A stretch of 64,000 nucleotides of DNA from an uncultured Rhodospirillaceae bacterium (GCA_964486105.1 CAZAKR010000013.1:537-64536); one strand, 5' to 3'; shown: positions 11,061 to 21,451, counted from the first letter of the stretch. The notes: generated from the sequence alone by a model not told the origin. Made by a program: numbers and translations.

Positions 11061-12872
11061 CTAGACCAGCACCATGCCTTCTTCCGTTCCTTTGCCCTTC
11101 GCCTTGTCGGCGGGGCCCAGCAGCATTTCGTTATGGGCCGCACCCGACGGAATCATCGGAAAACAATTCTCGTCAGGATCAACGCGCAGATCGGCGATCA
11201 CCGCGCAATCGACGGCGATCATTTCCTTGATCAAGTCGTCCACCTCCGACGGTTTTGTCGCCCGCAGGCCCACAGCACCGAAGGAATCGGCCAGTTTGAC
11301 GAAATCGGGCAGAGATTCCATATAGGATTCGGAATAACGTCCGCCGTGCATAAGCTCCTGCCACTGGCGGACCATGCCCATATACTGGTTGTTGAGGATG
11401 AAGGCTTTGACCGGCAGGCGATACTGCATGATGGTGGACAGTTCCTGCATGTTCATCATAAACGAAGCCTCGCCGGCGATATCAACGACCAAGGATTCAG
11501 GATGCGCCACCTGGGTCCCCATCGCCGCCGGCAGCCCATAACCCATGGTACCGAGCCCGCCCGACGTCATCCAGTGATTGGGTTTGTCGAAACGCAGGTA
11601 TTGAGCCGCCCACATCTGATGCTGGCCGACCTCGGTAGTGAAATAGGTATCCCGGCCACGAGTCAGCTCCCGCAGCCGTTCAAGGGCATATTGCGGCTTG
11701 ATAACGGTGTCGGACTTTTCATAGGCGAGGCAGTTGCGGTCGCGCCAGCCGTCAATCGTCTTCCACCAGGATTTAAGCGCCTTGGCGTTGGGCTTGGCCT
11801 TTTTCGCCTTCCACTGCTTGATCAGATCAGCCAGCACACTGGTGCAATCCCCCTGGATAGTCAGGTCGACGGCGATGCTCTTGTTGAACGAGGAAGAATC
11901 GATGTCGATATGGATTTTCTTCGACCCCGGGGCAAAATCGGCGACACGACCGGTGATGCGATCATCGAACCGGGCGCCGACCGCAATCATCACGTCACAG
12001 CCATGCATGGCGTAATTGGCCTCTAACGTGCCGTGCATGCCGAGCATGCCCAGCGACTGCTTGCCGTCGGTGGGATAACACCCCAAAGCCATCAGGGTCT
12101 GGGTGCAGGGAAAACCGGTGAGCTTGAGAAACTCGCCCAGCAGCTTTGAGGCCCTGGGGCCGGAATTGACGATCCCGCCACCGGCGTAAACGATCGGACG
12201 CTTGGCATTGGCCAGCATCTCAATGGCCTCGGCAATGGCCGTGGCGTCACCCTTAACCCGGGGGCGATAGCTTTTGTGGGTCGCCTTCGGCTTGCCGCCA
12301 TAGGCCGCCTTGTTGATCTGGATATCCTTCGGCAGATCGACGAGAACCGGGCCGGGGCGTCCTGTTCTGGCGACATAAAAGGCCTCGTGAATGACCGGCG
12401 GGATATTCGCCGTATCCTTCACCAGATAATTGTGTTTGGTGCATGGCCGGGTGATGCCAACGGTGTCGGCCTCCTGAAAGGCATCGTTGCCAATCATGTG
12501 AGTCGGCACCTGTCCACTGAGACAAACAATGGGAATGCTGTCCATCAGGGCGTCGGTCAAACCGGTCACGGCATTCGTCGCCCCGGGGCCGGACGTCACC
12601 AGCACCACGCCCACCTTGCCGGTGGAACGGGCATAGCCTTCGGCAGCATGCACCGCCCCCTGCTCATGGCGCACCAGAATGTGGCGGATACCGCTCTGCT
12701 TGAAGAGCGCATCGTACAAGGGCAGAACGGCGCCGCCGGGATAGCCGAAAATGACCTCGACACCCTCTTCACGCAGGGCCTTGAGGATAATTTCAGCTCC
12801 CGTCAGAAGCTTGCCTGAATTTTTTTTCTTTTTTATCTTCGCCACCTTCAAACCCTCGAAAACCGGAATCAC
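11061..12872 (-). CDS. ilvI: Acetolactate synthase large subunit (biosynthetic)
   Basis: The 603-aa TPP enzyme lies directly upstream of ilvH and ilvC. The N-terminal 20 residues (lysine-rich, encoded over an A-run) may precede the real start. Confidence 0.9.
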   Translation of the reverse strand: MIPVFEGLKVAKIKKKKNSGKLLTGAEIILKALREEGVEVIFGYPGGAVLPLYDALFKQSGIRHILVRHEQGAVHAAEGYARSTGKVGVVLVTSGPGATNAVTGLTDALMDSIPIVCLSGQVPTHMIGNDAFQEADTVGITRPCTKHNYLVKDTANIPPVIHEAFYVARTGRPGPVLVDLPKDIQINKAAYGGKPKATHKSYRPRVKGDATAIAEAIEMLANAKRPIVYAGGGIVNSGPRASKLLGEFLKLTGFPCTQTLMALGCYPTDGKQSLGMLGMHGTLEANYAMHGCDVMIAVGARFDDRITGRVADFAPGSKKIHIDIDSSSFNKSIAVDLTIQGDCTSVLADLIKQWKAKKAKPNAKALKSWWKTIDGWRDRNCLAYEKSDTVIKPQYALERLRELTRGRDTYFTTEVGQHQMWAAQYLRFDKPNHWMTSGGLGTMGYGLPAAMGTQVAHPESLVVDIAGEASFMMNMQELSTIMQYRLPVKAFILNNQYMGMVRQWQELMHGGRYSESYMESLPDFVKLADSFGAVGLRATKPSEVDDLIKEMIAVDCAVIADLRVDPDENCFPMIPSGAAHNEMLLGPADKAKGKGTEEGMVLV

Positions 12873-12952
12873 CGCTGTCCCGAATCCTGAAATTTGCAGA
12901 TTCGGGCATTAATCCCGGAAAAACTCCGTAAAACCGCGAAAAAACTAATCTT

Positions 12953-13936
12953 TCACCCCTCAAGGGTCAACAGAAACCGGTTGAGGAAAGAAAAGATTTC
13001 CTCATCCATATCCCCATTGTAAAGGCTGGAAACAAGTTTAAGCGCCTTAATATCCGATTTTCCCGATTCTTCCCCCGAAATCCCCGCAATCTGATTGCGG
13101 AACCATGTCAACTGGCGCTTGGCATAACGGCGGGTTTCCCGCTGGGCAAGCGACACTGCCTCTTGCATGGAAATGTCCCCGGCAAGATGGGCCATCAGGG
13201 GGCGCACGCCGAGCACCTTCATTACCGGTCGGTCCGGGTCAAGCCGGCGGGCGCTAAGTCGCTGAACTTCCGCCACGGCCCCGTGATCCATCATTTCAAG
13301 AAAACGGCTGTCACAGGCGCCGTACAGGGCTTCACGCGGCGGCATGAGAACAAGGGTCGCGGCATTCAGGGGGAGGCCGGGCAGGGATTTGGCCGCCGTC
13401 TGCCACTCAGCCAGGGAACGGCCGGTGGCTTCAATCACTTCCCAGGCCCGCATCAGCCGCTGACGATCGCCGGGATGGAGCCGGGCCGCCATTTCAGGAT
13501 CACGGGCGGCAAGTTCGGCCTGAAAGCCGGCCCCGCCAAGACGATCATAAAGGGCGCCGGCGGCGGATCGAATGTCGCCCGGAATTTCCGGCACCTCGGC
13601 CAGACCCCGTGTCAGGGCGCGGAGATAAAGCCCCGTGCCGCCGACCACGATGGGCAGATTTCCGGCCGCCCACGCCTTCTCGATCTCAGCGAAGGCCATT
13701 TCCCGCCAGCGCCCGGCCGAACAGACCTCATCCCCATTGAGAACACCGAACAGGCGATGAGGAACCCGCGCCATTGTGTCTGCGTCCGGTCGACCAGTAA
13801 GAATGGAAAGGTCCCGATAGACCTGCATGCTGTCGGCGTTGATGACGACGCCGTTGAAGGCTAGGGCGATTTCCACGGCAAGGGCGGATTTACCGCTTGA
13901 GGTGGGGCCACCGATGATGAGGACGGGCTTGTTCAT
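12953..13936 (-). CDS. miaA: tRNA dimethylallyltransferase
   Basis: The P-loop GGPTSSGKSALA and the MiaA fold are present. The start is the ATG at about 13934-13936 (MNKPVLIIGG); the listed ORF extends to 13999. Confidence 0.9.
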   Translation of the reverse strand: MNKPVLIIGGPTSSGKSALAVEIALAFNGVVINADSMQVYRDLSILTGRPDADTMARVPHRLFGVLNGDEVCSAGRWREMAFAEIEKAWAAGNLPIVVGGTGLYLRALTRGLAEVPEIPGDIRSAAGALYDRLGGAGFQAELAARDPEMAARLHPGDRQRLMRAWEVIEATGRSLAEWQTAAKSLPGLPLNAATLVLMPPREALYGACDSRFLEMMDHGAVAEVQRLSARRLDPDRPVMKVLGVRPLMAHLAGDISMQEAVSLAQRETRRYAKRQLTWFRNQIAGISGEESGKSDIKALKLVSSLYNGDMDEEIFSFLNRFLLTLEG

Positions 13937-14029
13937 GACCGATTTGTTCTCGCGAGCCTCTATTGGGGAATGGCAATCACTTCGAAGTGACAATAGCACT
14001 CTCGGCCCAAGAGCGCTTTACAGCGGAGC

Positions 14030-14070
14030 AGATAAAAAAACAGCGCCGTTTCCGGCGCTGTTTTAAGTTT
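14030..14070. terminator. Bidirectional rho-independent terminator (degP side)
   Basis: The hairpin CAGCGCCGtttCCGGCGCTG is flanked by A7 on one side and TTTTAAGTTTT on the other. Confidence 0.5.
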
Positions 14071-14086
14071 TCAGGGGGGAGAAACC

Positions 14087-15628
14087 CTAGCCGTCGCTTT
14101 TGACAACCCGGAGGGGAACGAATCTGAGATCACCGTTACGCTGCACCAGCATGAGGACGGATTTGCGGTCGGAATTAACCGCCGCCGTTATTTTTTCCTC
14201 AACCGCTTCTGGCGTCGAAACTTCTTCCTGCCCAACCTCAACGATGATGTCGCTTGGGCGAAGGCCCTTTTCGGCGGCCACACCCTCATCATCAACGCCG
14301 ACGATCAGAACGCCCTTGACCTCTTCATTGAGTTCAAACCGCTCGCGCAGGGAAGGCGTGATCGGCGACAGGGTCAACCCGACCGATTCAATGATCGTCT
14401 TCTTACCGGAAGGTTTTTCACTCCCGCCATTGCCGTTTTCGACCTTGGCGATTTCTTCATAGGCCTCAAGCTCGCCAATGCTGACATTAAGTTTGACCAT
14501 CTTTTCATCGCGCCAGACGACAATCGGAACATCCTTGTTGATTGGCGTATCGGCAACGATGCGCTGAAGCTTGCGCACATTGGGCACCTTCTTGCCGTCG
14601 AATTCGAGAATGATGTCACCTGCCTTCAATCCAGCCCGGGCGGCGGGCTCATCCTCGTTGACCTTGGCAATCAGTGCGCCACGGGGTTCCTTCAGGCCAA
14701 GACTCTCGGCAATTTCCTCGTTAACCGCCTGGATACGGACACCAAGCCAGCCGCGACGGGTCTTGCCGAATTCCCTGAGCTGTTTGAGCACCGGCTGGGC
14801 AAGATCGGCGGGGATAGAAAAACCGATACCGACCGAGCCGCCGGAAGGTGAATAAATGGCGGTATTGATGCCGATAACTTCACCCTTGAGATTAAACAGC
14901 GGCCCGCCGGAATTACCGCGGTTAATCGAAGCATCGGTCTGGATATAGTCGTCATAGGGGCCGGAATTGATGTCCCGGGCGCGGGCCGAGATAATTCCCG
15001 CCGTGACCGAGCCGCCAAGCCCGAACGGATTACCGATGGCCATCACCCAGTCCCCGACCCTGGCAACACTGGAATCGCCGAGGGTCACATGGGGCAGCGG
15101 CTTGTCGCTTGCAACCTTAAGGAGGGCCAGATCGGTTTTCGCATCGCGGCCGACGATTTCGGCCTTGAGCTGAGTATCATCCTGAAGGATGACGTTGATC
15201 TCTTCCGCCTCGGCAATCACGTGATTATTGGTAACGATGTAGCCTTCAGGCGAAATAATGAAGCCTGAGCCCAGGGACATGCCCTTGCGGGGCCGGTTAT
15301 CCGGCTGCTGCTGCTTTTTCTGAAATTCCTTAAAGAACTCTTCAAACGGCGACCCTGGAGGGAACTGAAACTGTTCGGGCCCCATATCATCACCCTCAAC
15401 CACCTGGGTGGTGGAGATGTTGACCACTGCGGGAAGCAGTTTTTCCGCCAGATCGGCAAAGCTGTCAGGAGCAGGCCGGGCTTGAACCGATATCGACCAG
15501 ACAAGGATAACGCTCGCCGTGAGAAACATGACCCACAACCGGTTGAGAGGGGATCTGCGCCGGGCAACATCCGGCTTGAGACTGTCGGCTTTGATAGGTG
15601 CTTCGACCAAACTCATCGTTCCAATCAC
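14087..15628 (-). CDS. degP: Periplasmic serine endoprotease DegP/HtrA (Do family)
   Basis: The 513-aa protein has a signal/TM sequence, a trypsin-like domain (GNSGGPLFN) and two PDZ domains. Confidence 0.9.
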   Translation of the reverse strand: MIGTMSLVEAPIKADSLKPDVARRRSPLNRLWVMFLTASVILVWSISVQARPAPDSFADLAEKLLPAVVNISTTQVVEGDDMGPEQFQFPPGSPFEEFFKEFQKKQQQPDNRPRKGMSLGSGFIISPEGYIVTNNHVIAEAEEINVILQDDTQLKAEIVGRDAKTDLALLKVASDKPLPHVTLGDSSVARVGDWVMAIGNPFGLGGSVTAGIISARARDINSGPYDDYIQTDASINRGNSGGPLFNLKGEVIGINTAIYSPSGGSVGIGFSIPADLAQPVLKQLREFGKTRRGWLGVRIQAVNEEIAESLGLKEPRGALIAKVNEDEPAARAGLKAGDIILEFDGKKVPNVRKLQRIVADTPINKDVPIVVWRDEKMVKLNVSIGELEAYEEIAKVENGNGGSEKPSGKKTIIESVGLTLSPITPSLRERFELNEEVKGVLIVGVDDEGVAAEKGLRPSDIIVEVGQEEVSTPEAVEEKITAAVNSDRKSVLMLVQRNGDLRFVPLRVVKSDG

Positions 15629-15787
15629 TTCCCTGTTCTCCTTGTCATAAACTTCGTTTGCCTGAGGCGGAATTACCCAAACGGCTGGCCCGTCTCTTTT
15701 CGGATCATGCTTTAAGTGACAGGGAAATATGGTGCAAATATGGCATTGTGGCCCCGGCGCCAGTACCGGGAAATTCAGGCCAGGGGT

Positions 15788-15973
15788 CTAGCTCCGGATC
15801 AACCAGACAAGAACAAGGCCTAGAGCGGCGGCGAGAAGCCCGCCGACCCTGAGAATCCGGGACGGCATTTCCTGAGCCATCGCCATCATCCGTTTCACGG
15901 CTTGTGGAAAGAGAGCGTACAAAACTCCCTCAATGACCAGGACCAGTCCCAATGCTGTGATGAGGTCTTTCAT
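15788..15973 (-). CDS. DUF2065 family small membrane protein
   Basis: The 61-aa two-helix hydrophobic protein sits in the typical hflC-degP interval. Confidence 0.6.
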   Translation of the reverse strand: MKDLITALGLVLVIEGVLYALFPQAVKRMMAMAQEMPSRILRVGGLLAAALGLVLVWLIRS

Positions 15974-16172
15974 CGAAATCCTCTATCTGTAAGTTAATAG
16001 CCGTCCCTGCTGTCGCCTGGGCCGCCGGGAGCGCAACATCGCCGCCCAAGGTCGCCATTGTTTATGATTGTAGAGAGAGGAACAATGGATGATGATATGA
16101 GTGCGCAATTGGACTCAGGGGGTGTTTTCTCGCCATGGCGGGCCCTCTTATGTGAAAAAGGGGAATACGACC

Positions 16173-16379
16173 ATGAAAATGAACCTTGGTGCCGTTCTCG
16201 TTATCGTCGGCGTTCTCGCCAACAATTACGTCTATCTCCACGATCTTCTGTGGCAAACCACAGGTGGCTATATCATTCTTGGGCAAAAAAGCGGGGCGGC
16301 GATTGCCTTTTCTCTGATCGTGATCGCCTATGGCCTCTACAAGCTCGCCTGTCCGGCGGCCAAATCCGAAGGGGAATAA
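16173..16379 (+). CDS. Small (about 68 aa) two-TM membrane protein of unknown function, on the opposite strand to its neighbours
   Basis: The sequence MKMNLGAVLVIVGVLANNYVYLHDLLWQTTGGYIILGQKSGAAIAFSLIVIAYGLYKLACPAAKSEGE is preceded by a strong RBS (AAAAGGGGAA) 7 nt before the ATG. Confidence 0.4.
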   Translation: MKMNLGAVLVIVGVLANNYVYLHDLLWQTTGGYIILGQKSGAAIAFSLIVIAYGLYKLACPAAKSEGE

Positions 16380-16437
16380 ACACCCCCCTCTAATATCCGG
16401 ACCGCGCGACCAGACAGGATGGAAAACGGACGAGCCG

Positions 16438-17307
16438 CTATTTTTCCATCGACCTGTTGAAATAGCGGAAAAATTCACTGTCAGGTGAGAGCACCATCGT
16501 CGTGCCGTCGCCGCCCAGCGCTTTGCGATAGGCCTGCATCGAACGGTAGAAGTCGAAGAAGCCCTCATCTCTGCCAAAGGCATCGGCATAGATATCAATT
16601 GACTTGGCGTCTCCCTCACCGCGAAGAATTTCACCTTTCTTGCGCGCCTCGGCCAGAATCACCGTTCGGTCCTTGTCGGCCTCGGCTCTGATCCGTTGCG
16701 CCGCTTCAGCACCTTCAGAGCGGATTTTCTTGGCCGCCTGCTCGCGCTGGGATTTCATGCGTTCGAAAATTGCCTGGGAATTCTGAGACGGCAGATCGGC
16801 CCGGCGGATACGCACATCCACCACCTCGATCCCGAACTGCTCAACCTCTCTATTCACCTGATTGCGGATATCCAGCATGATCTGTTCACGCTCTTTCGAC
16901 AGCAGGGATGTCAGCGGCACCTTACCGACGACATTGCGCATGGCGGAATTGATAAGACCGTCAATACGGGTGCGGATAACCGCCTCGGTACGCACCGTCT
17001 CGTACACCTTCAGTGGATCGACAATGCGATAACGGGCGAAAGAATCGATCAGCATTTTCTTCTGATCGTCGGTAATCGGTTCTTGAACCGGCAGGTTAAA
17101 ATCGAGAACGCGCTTATCGTAATATTCGACGTTCTGGATAAACGGCATCTTCATATGAAGGCCGGGATCGGCAACCACCCGGATCGGCTTGCCGAACTGG
17201 AAGACGATAGCCTGCTGAATCTGGTTGACCGTGTAGAGCGACCCGAAAGCGGCGACCGCCAGGGCGACAAGAACGAGACCGGTAATGCCAATTAATTTAG
17301 AGCTCAT
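16438..17307 (-). CDS. hflC: Protease modulator HflC (SPFH/band 7)
   Basis: The 289-aa protein has an N-terminal TM and an SPFH domain. It overlaps the hflK start by 4 nt. Confidence 0.9.
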   Translation of the reverse strand: MSSKLIGITGLVLVALAVAAFGSLYTVNQIQQAIVFQFGKPIRVVADPGLHMKMPFIQNVEYYDKRVLDFNLPVQEPITDDQKKMLIDSFARYRIVDPLKVYETVRTEAVIRTRIDGLINSAMRNVVGKVPLTSLLSKEREQIMLDIRNQVNREVEQFGIEVVDVRIRRADLPSQNSQAIFERMKSQREQAAKKIRSEGAEAAQRIRAEADKDRTVILAEARKKGEILRGEGDAKSIDIYADAFGRDEGFFDFYRSMQAYRKALGGDGTTMVLSPDSEFFRYFNRSMEK

Positions 17308-18443
17308 TGCCCGTCTCCCTGACTACCGGTGGTGGACCCGGAGGGCGCCGTATTGCGGGGCGCGCCCTTACTGCGTTTTTGCACTTCCGGAAGGGGCAGA
17401 TAAGGCACCACGCCGGTTCCGCCGCCGGCCGATTTGTCGATGATAACCTTGTCGATATTACCCAGAACATCTTCCAGAGTTTCAAGATAGATGCGGCGCT
17501 GGGTCACGTCCTTGGATTTGAGATAGGAATCAAGAACGGAAATAAAGCGCTTGGCGTCACCGGTTGCCCTGGCGACAACCTCTTGTTTATAGGCCTCGCC
17601 GCTTTGAGTGATTTTTTCCGCCTCGCCGCGGGCCCGGGGCACGATGTCGTTGCGATAGGCCAACGCCTTGTTCTGTAATGTCTCCTGGTCGGCTTTCGCT
17701 GCCTGAACATCACGGAAGGCGGCGATGACCTGTTCGGGGGGATCGACCTTTTCAAGCTTCACCTGCCTGATCTCAATACCGGCTTTGTATTCATCGAGAA
17801 TATGCTGGATCAACTCCAGGCTCAGGGTTTCGATCTCGCCCCGGCCCTTGGTCAGGATCTGTTCAAGATTATCGCGGCCGATGGTATCGCGCATGGCGCT
17901 TTCGGCGACGCTTTTCACCGTCTGTTCGGGATTGCGGATATTGAACAGGAATTCCCCCGCATCCTTGATCGCCCAAAGCACCGTGAAATTGATATCGACG
18001 ATATTCTCGTCACCGGTGAGCATTAAAGCCTCTTCGGGCACCTGTCGGACGCTGCCCCCCCTGGCCGACTGAGGGGGAGAACGAAATCCGACCTCGATCT
18101 TGTTGACCCGGGTCACCGCCGGGGTCAATACGGTCTCAATGGGGCTGGGAAGATGGTAGTGGAGGCCGGGCGGCGTCGTGCGCACCCATTCACCAAAACG
18201 CAGAACAACACCCTGTTCGTCGGTGTCGACCTTGTAAAAGCCGCTGGCCAGCCAGGCACCGACCGCAACCATGAGAATGAGGAGAAGGCTGCGCCAGCCG
18301 CGCCCGCCACCGGGCAGAAAGCTGCGGAACCTGTTTTGTCCATCACGCAGAATATCTTCCAGATTCGGCGGTTGAGGCCCACCGGGGCCTCTGCTGCCCC
18401 AGGGACCCGAACCGTTACCACCACCTTGATCTGACCAGGGCAT
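17304..18443 (-). CDS. hflK: Protease modulator HflK (SPFH/band 7)
   Basis: The start is the ATG at 18441-18443 (MPWSDQGGGNGSGPWG..., the typical HflK Gly-rich N-terminus). The listed ORF extends to 18551. Confidence 0.9.
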   Translation of the reverse strand: MPWSDQGGGNGSGPWGSRGPGGPQPPNLEDILRDGQNRFRSFLPGGGRGWRSLLLILMVAVGAWLASGFYKVDTDEQGVVLRFGEWVRTTPPGLHYHLPSPIETVLTPAVTRVNKIEVGFRSPPQSARGGSVRQVPEEALMLTGDENIVDINFTVLWAIKDAGEFLFNIRNPEQTVKSVAESAMRDTIGRDNLEQILTKGRGEIETLSLELIQHILDEYKAGIEIRQVKLEKVDPPEQVIAAFRDVQAAKADQETLQNKALAYRNDIVPRARGEAEKITQSGEAYKQEVVARATGDAKRFISVLDSYLKSKDVTQRRIYLETLEDVLGNIDKVIIDKSAGGGTGVVPYLPLPEVQKRSKGAPRNTAPSGSTTGSQGDGQ

Positions 18444-18687
18444 GAGAGCGCAAACACCTTCCATAACAGGAATAATCAGGAAAAAAGCGCCGGAATGGTC
18501 CCCGTTACAACCAATTCCCGACGGGCGGGGGGCGACAGATAGTCTTTGCAATCGACCCCGTGATCTTTATATGACAGCTATATAGGACAAACAGCGGTCA
18601 TTCGCAATCGACAGTTCTTCCAAGCCCGCGCCGCCGCCCGTCGGTACAGCGCGTTTTTTTTGCACCATTAGCCAAAGGTTCCCCCAT

Positions 18688-19824
18688 ATGGCCGACATTA
18701 CCGAAGAAACGATCATTGAGGCCCTGACGACCGTCAGCGCGCCTGACAGTGACAAGGATATCGTTTCATTGGGCATGATTTCCGGCGTCGTCCTGCGCGA
18801 CGGCAATGTCGCCGTCACCATTGAGATTACCCAGGAACAGGGCGCTGCTTTCGAGCCCGCCCGCCGTCAGGCCGAAGAGACCCTGGCTGCCCTGCCCGGC
18901 GTGCTGTCGGCAACCGTCGTCCTGACCGCCCAGCGCCCGGCCCAAGGCGCCGCCCAGAGCGCCTCTCCCGGTGCTGGCCCCGGCCACGGTCACGCTCACA
19001 GCCCGGAACAGGCGCCTCTGGTTCCCGACGTGAAAACGATAATCGCAATTGCCTCGGGTAAGGGCGGCGTCGGCAAATCGACCACCGCCGTCAACCTCGC
19101 CCTGGCCTTTGCCGCCAAGGGCCTGAAAACCGGATTGCTCGATTCCGACATCTACGGCCCCTCTATTCCCCGCATGCTCGGGCTTGAAGGCCGCCCCCAG
19201 CAGATCAGCGAGACCCGTCTCGCACCGATGGAGAAATTCGGCATTAAAGCCATGTCCATGGGCCTGATCGTCGCCGAGGACACACCGATGATCTGGCGCG
19301 GTCCCATGGTCATGAGCGCCATCGAACAGATGTTGCGCGACGTCGAATGGGGTGAACTCGATGTCCTCGTCATCGACTTGCCGCCGGGCACCGGAGACGC
19401 CCAACTGACCCTCGCCCAGCGGGTACCGCTGACCGGGGCTGTGATCGTTTCAACGCCCCAGGACATCGCCCTTTCCGACGCCCGGAAGGGTCTGAACATG
19501 TTCCGCAAAGTGGAGGTGCCGGTACTCGGCATCATCGAGAATATGAGCTATTTCGCCTGTCCCCATTGCGGCGAACGCACGGATATTTTCTCACACGGCG
19601 GGGCCCAGCGAGAAGCTGCACAAATGGGCGCCGATTTCCTTGGCGAAATTCCACTCGATATCGTGATCAGAGAAACCTCAGATTCCGGCAATCCCATCGT
19701 CGTCTCGGATCCCGAAAGCCCCCACGCCAAATCCTATCGGGACATCGCCGACAAGGTCTGGGAGAAAGTCAACGTGCTGACCGGGCCAGAGGGACGGACA
19801 GGGCCACGCATCGTCGTTCAGTAG
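18688..19824 (+). CDS. apbC: Fe-S cluster carrier ATPase of the Mrp/ApbC/NBP35 family with an N-terminal MIP18/DUF59 domain
   Basis: The sequence carries IAIASGKGGVGKSTTAVNLALAF and the CxxC motif (FACPHCGERT). Confidence 0.9.
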   Translation: MADITEETIIEALTTVSAPDSDKDIVSLGMISGVVLRDGNVAVTIEITQEQGAAFEPARRQAEETLAALPGVLSATVVLTAQRPAQGAAQSASPGAGPGHGHAHSPEQAPLVPDVKTIIAIASGKGGVGKSTTAVNLALAFAAKGLKTGLLDSDIYGPSIPRMLGLEGRPQQISETRLAPMEKFGIKAMSMGLIVAEDTPMIWRGPMVMSAIEQMLRDVEWGELDVLVIDLPPGTGDAQLTLAQRVPLTGAVIVSTPQDIALSDARKGLNMFRKVEVPVLGIIENMSYFACPHCGERTDIFSHGGAQREAAQMGADFLGEIPLDIVIRETSDSGNPIVVSDPESPHAKSYRDIADKVWEKVNVLTGPEGRTGPRIVVQ

Positions 19825-19845
19825 GCTGCCGGGCTTACCGCCCAG

Positions 19846-20268
19846 CTACATACGGAACATCTTTTTCAGATTGTCGAAACCGGCGTCGTAGATTCCCTGG
19901 ATGACCTTGGCCGCCTCATCGGTCGCCGCGCCCACAGCATCAAAATCGCTTGCCCACTCGACTTCACAGCCAGTTGGCGTTTCGTGAACCGTCAAGGTCG
20001 CCGTGTAATTGCTGACCGGCAACGGACTATCGACGATGGAATAGCGATAGGTCCGCTCATTAGGATTAATCTGCTCCAGCTTTTCGACAATCACCCCGCC
20101 ACCGACCAGATGCAGGGTCCGGGTGGTGGTTTTGGTTTTCTTGTCTTCACTGACCTCGCTGCGCTCAACCGCCGGGTGCCAGTCCGGCAAGGCATTGAAA
20201 TTACCAATCAAATCCCAGACCTCTCCCGCCGCCACCGGCAACGGTGTTTTTACAGAGACATTCGCCAT
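19846..20268 (-). CDS. SRPBCC (Bet v1/START-like, polyketide-cyclase fold) family protein
   Basis: The 140-aa sequence has a fold-typical pattern (WDLIGNFNALPDWHP). Confidence 0.55.
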   Translation of the reverse strand: MANVSVKTPLPVAAGEVWDLIGNFNALPDWHPAVERSEVSEDKKTKTTTRTLHLVGGGVIVEKLEQINPNERTYRYSIVDSPLPVSNYTATLTVHETPTGCEVEWASDFDAVGAATDEAAKVIQGIYDAGFDNLKKMFRM

Positions 20269-20575
20269 CGGGGGATCCTCCCATAGATGAATATTGCTCT
20301 CAGTCTAGGGGCTTGAAACGGGATTGTCACTGAGATGGGTCAAGAATGAGATGGCATAACCAGTCGAGGCACCTCACTTGCTGATCAAATATTGAAAATA
20401 TTAACCCTTTTGAAGCTAGGATTACACTTGACGTTGTTTAGTACAGGCGTTCAAGCTGATCGGTTCTCCCAAATAGGCATTAAGGGTGGGGGAATATTTG
20501 TGGGTGTTAATTGAAAAACTCATACATCCGTGTTGTCTGTTACCTGAATAATCCGATTGACAGGGGGAGTTCGAA

Positions 20576-21451
20576 ATGGCGAGGTTTGATCTGAAAGATT
20601 TGAAACTCAATGTGCGGGCAAAGCTGACCTTGCTTTTTCTCGCCTTTGGGCTGATTCCGGCGCTGAGCCTTTTCACCATTTTCATGATGCAACAGGAGGA
20701 TTACCGCAACGCCCAGATGCGGCCGACCCTGGATGCGGCCCTTTCCGTCAATGACGTCATCGACCGCAATCTTTTTGAGCGTTATGGCGACGTTCAGGCC
20801 TTCGGCCTCAATACGGCAGCTATCACCCAAAACAACTGGATTAATCCCGCCCCCGACAACCCCCTGATCGAAGCAATGAACGGCTATACGACCGGCTATG
20901 GCATTTACAAGCTGATGCTGCTGGTCGACCTCGAAGGCAATCTCCTCGCCGCCAACACCGTCGATGCAGGCGGCAACCCCCTCGACACCGCCAACCTCTA
21001 CAACAAATCCTTCGGCGATGCCCCGTGGCTGAAAAATGTCCTGAACGGCGAATTTCTCGAAGGCGCCAACGGCCTGACCGGTACGGCGGTGGACCAGCCC
21101 CATTTTGATGAACTGGTGGCCGGCTTATACGGTGATGACGGCTATGTCATGACCTTCGCCGCCCCGGTCAAGGACGCCCAAGGCAACATGGTCGCAATCT
21201 GGGTGAATTTTGCCACCTTCGATCTGGTCGAGGAACAGGGCAGCGCCACCCAGGAAATCTCCCGCAGCGTTCAGGATGCCTCATCGGGCAGCGCCGAGGT
21301 CTCAAGCAATATCAGCGAGGTCAACCAGGCGGCCGAACAAGCCGGCCAGGCCGCCCAGAGCCTTCTTGGAGCCACCGGGGAATTGTCGCAACAGGCCGAG
21401 ACCCTGCGCGGCGAAGTCGCGAGCTTCCTCTCAAAGGTGCGTTCCGGCTAA
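20576..21451 (+). CDS. MCP-derived protein with an N-terminal TM and periplasmic Cache-like sensor fused directly to the last ~75 residues of the MCP signalling domain. It lacks TM2, HAMP and the kinase-control core and is probably a remnant
   Basis: The sensor-like region (LLVDLEGNLLAANTVDAGGNPLD...) ends at ...WVNFATFD and joins LVEEQGSATQEISRSVQDASSGSAEVSS...FLSKVRSG, the conserved C-terminal end of the MA domain. Confidence 0.55.
   Translation: MARFDLKDLKLNVRAKLTLLFLAFGLIPALSLFTIFMMQQEDYRNAQMRPTLDAALSVNDVIDRNLFERYGDVQAFGLNTAAITQNNWINPAPDNPLIEAMNGYTTGYGIYKLMLLVDLEGNLLAANTVDAGGNPLDTANLYNKSFGDAPWLKNVLNGEFLEGANGLTGTAVDQPHFDELVAGLYGDDGYVMTFAAPVKDAQGNMVAIWVNFATFDLVEEQGSATQEISRSVQDASSGSAEVSSNISEVNQAAEQAGQAAQSLLGATGELSQQAETLRGEVASFLSKVRSG

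Noticed and set aside
16062-16634. 190-aa minus-strand ORF spanning the hflC 3' end
   Set aside because: It overlaps the hflC stop region and the better-supported plus-strand small membrane protein ORF, and has no RBS.
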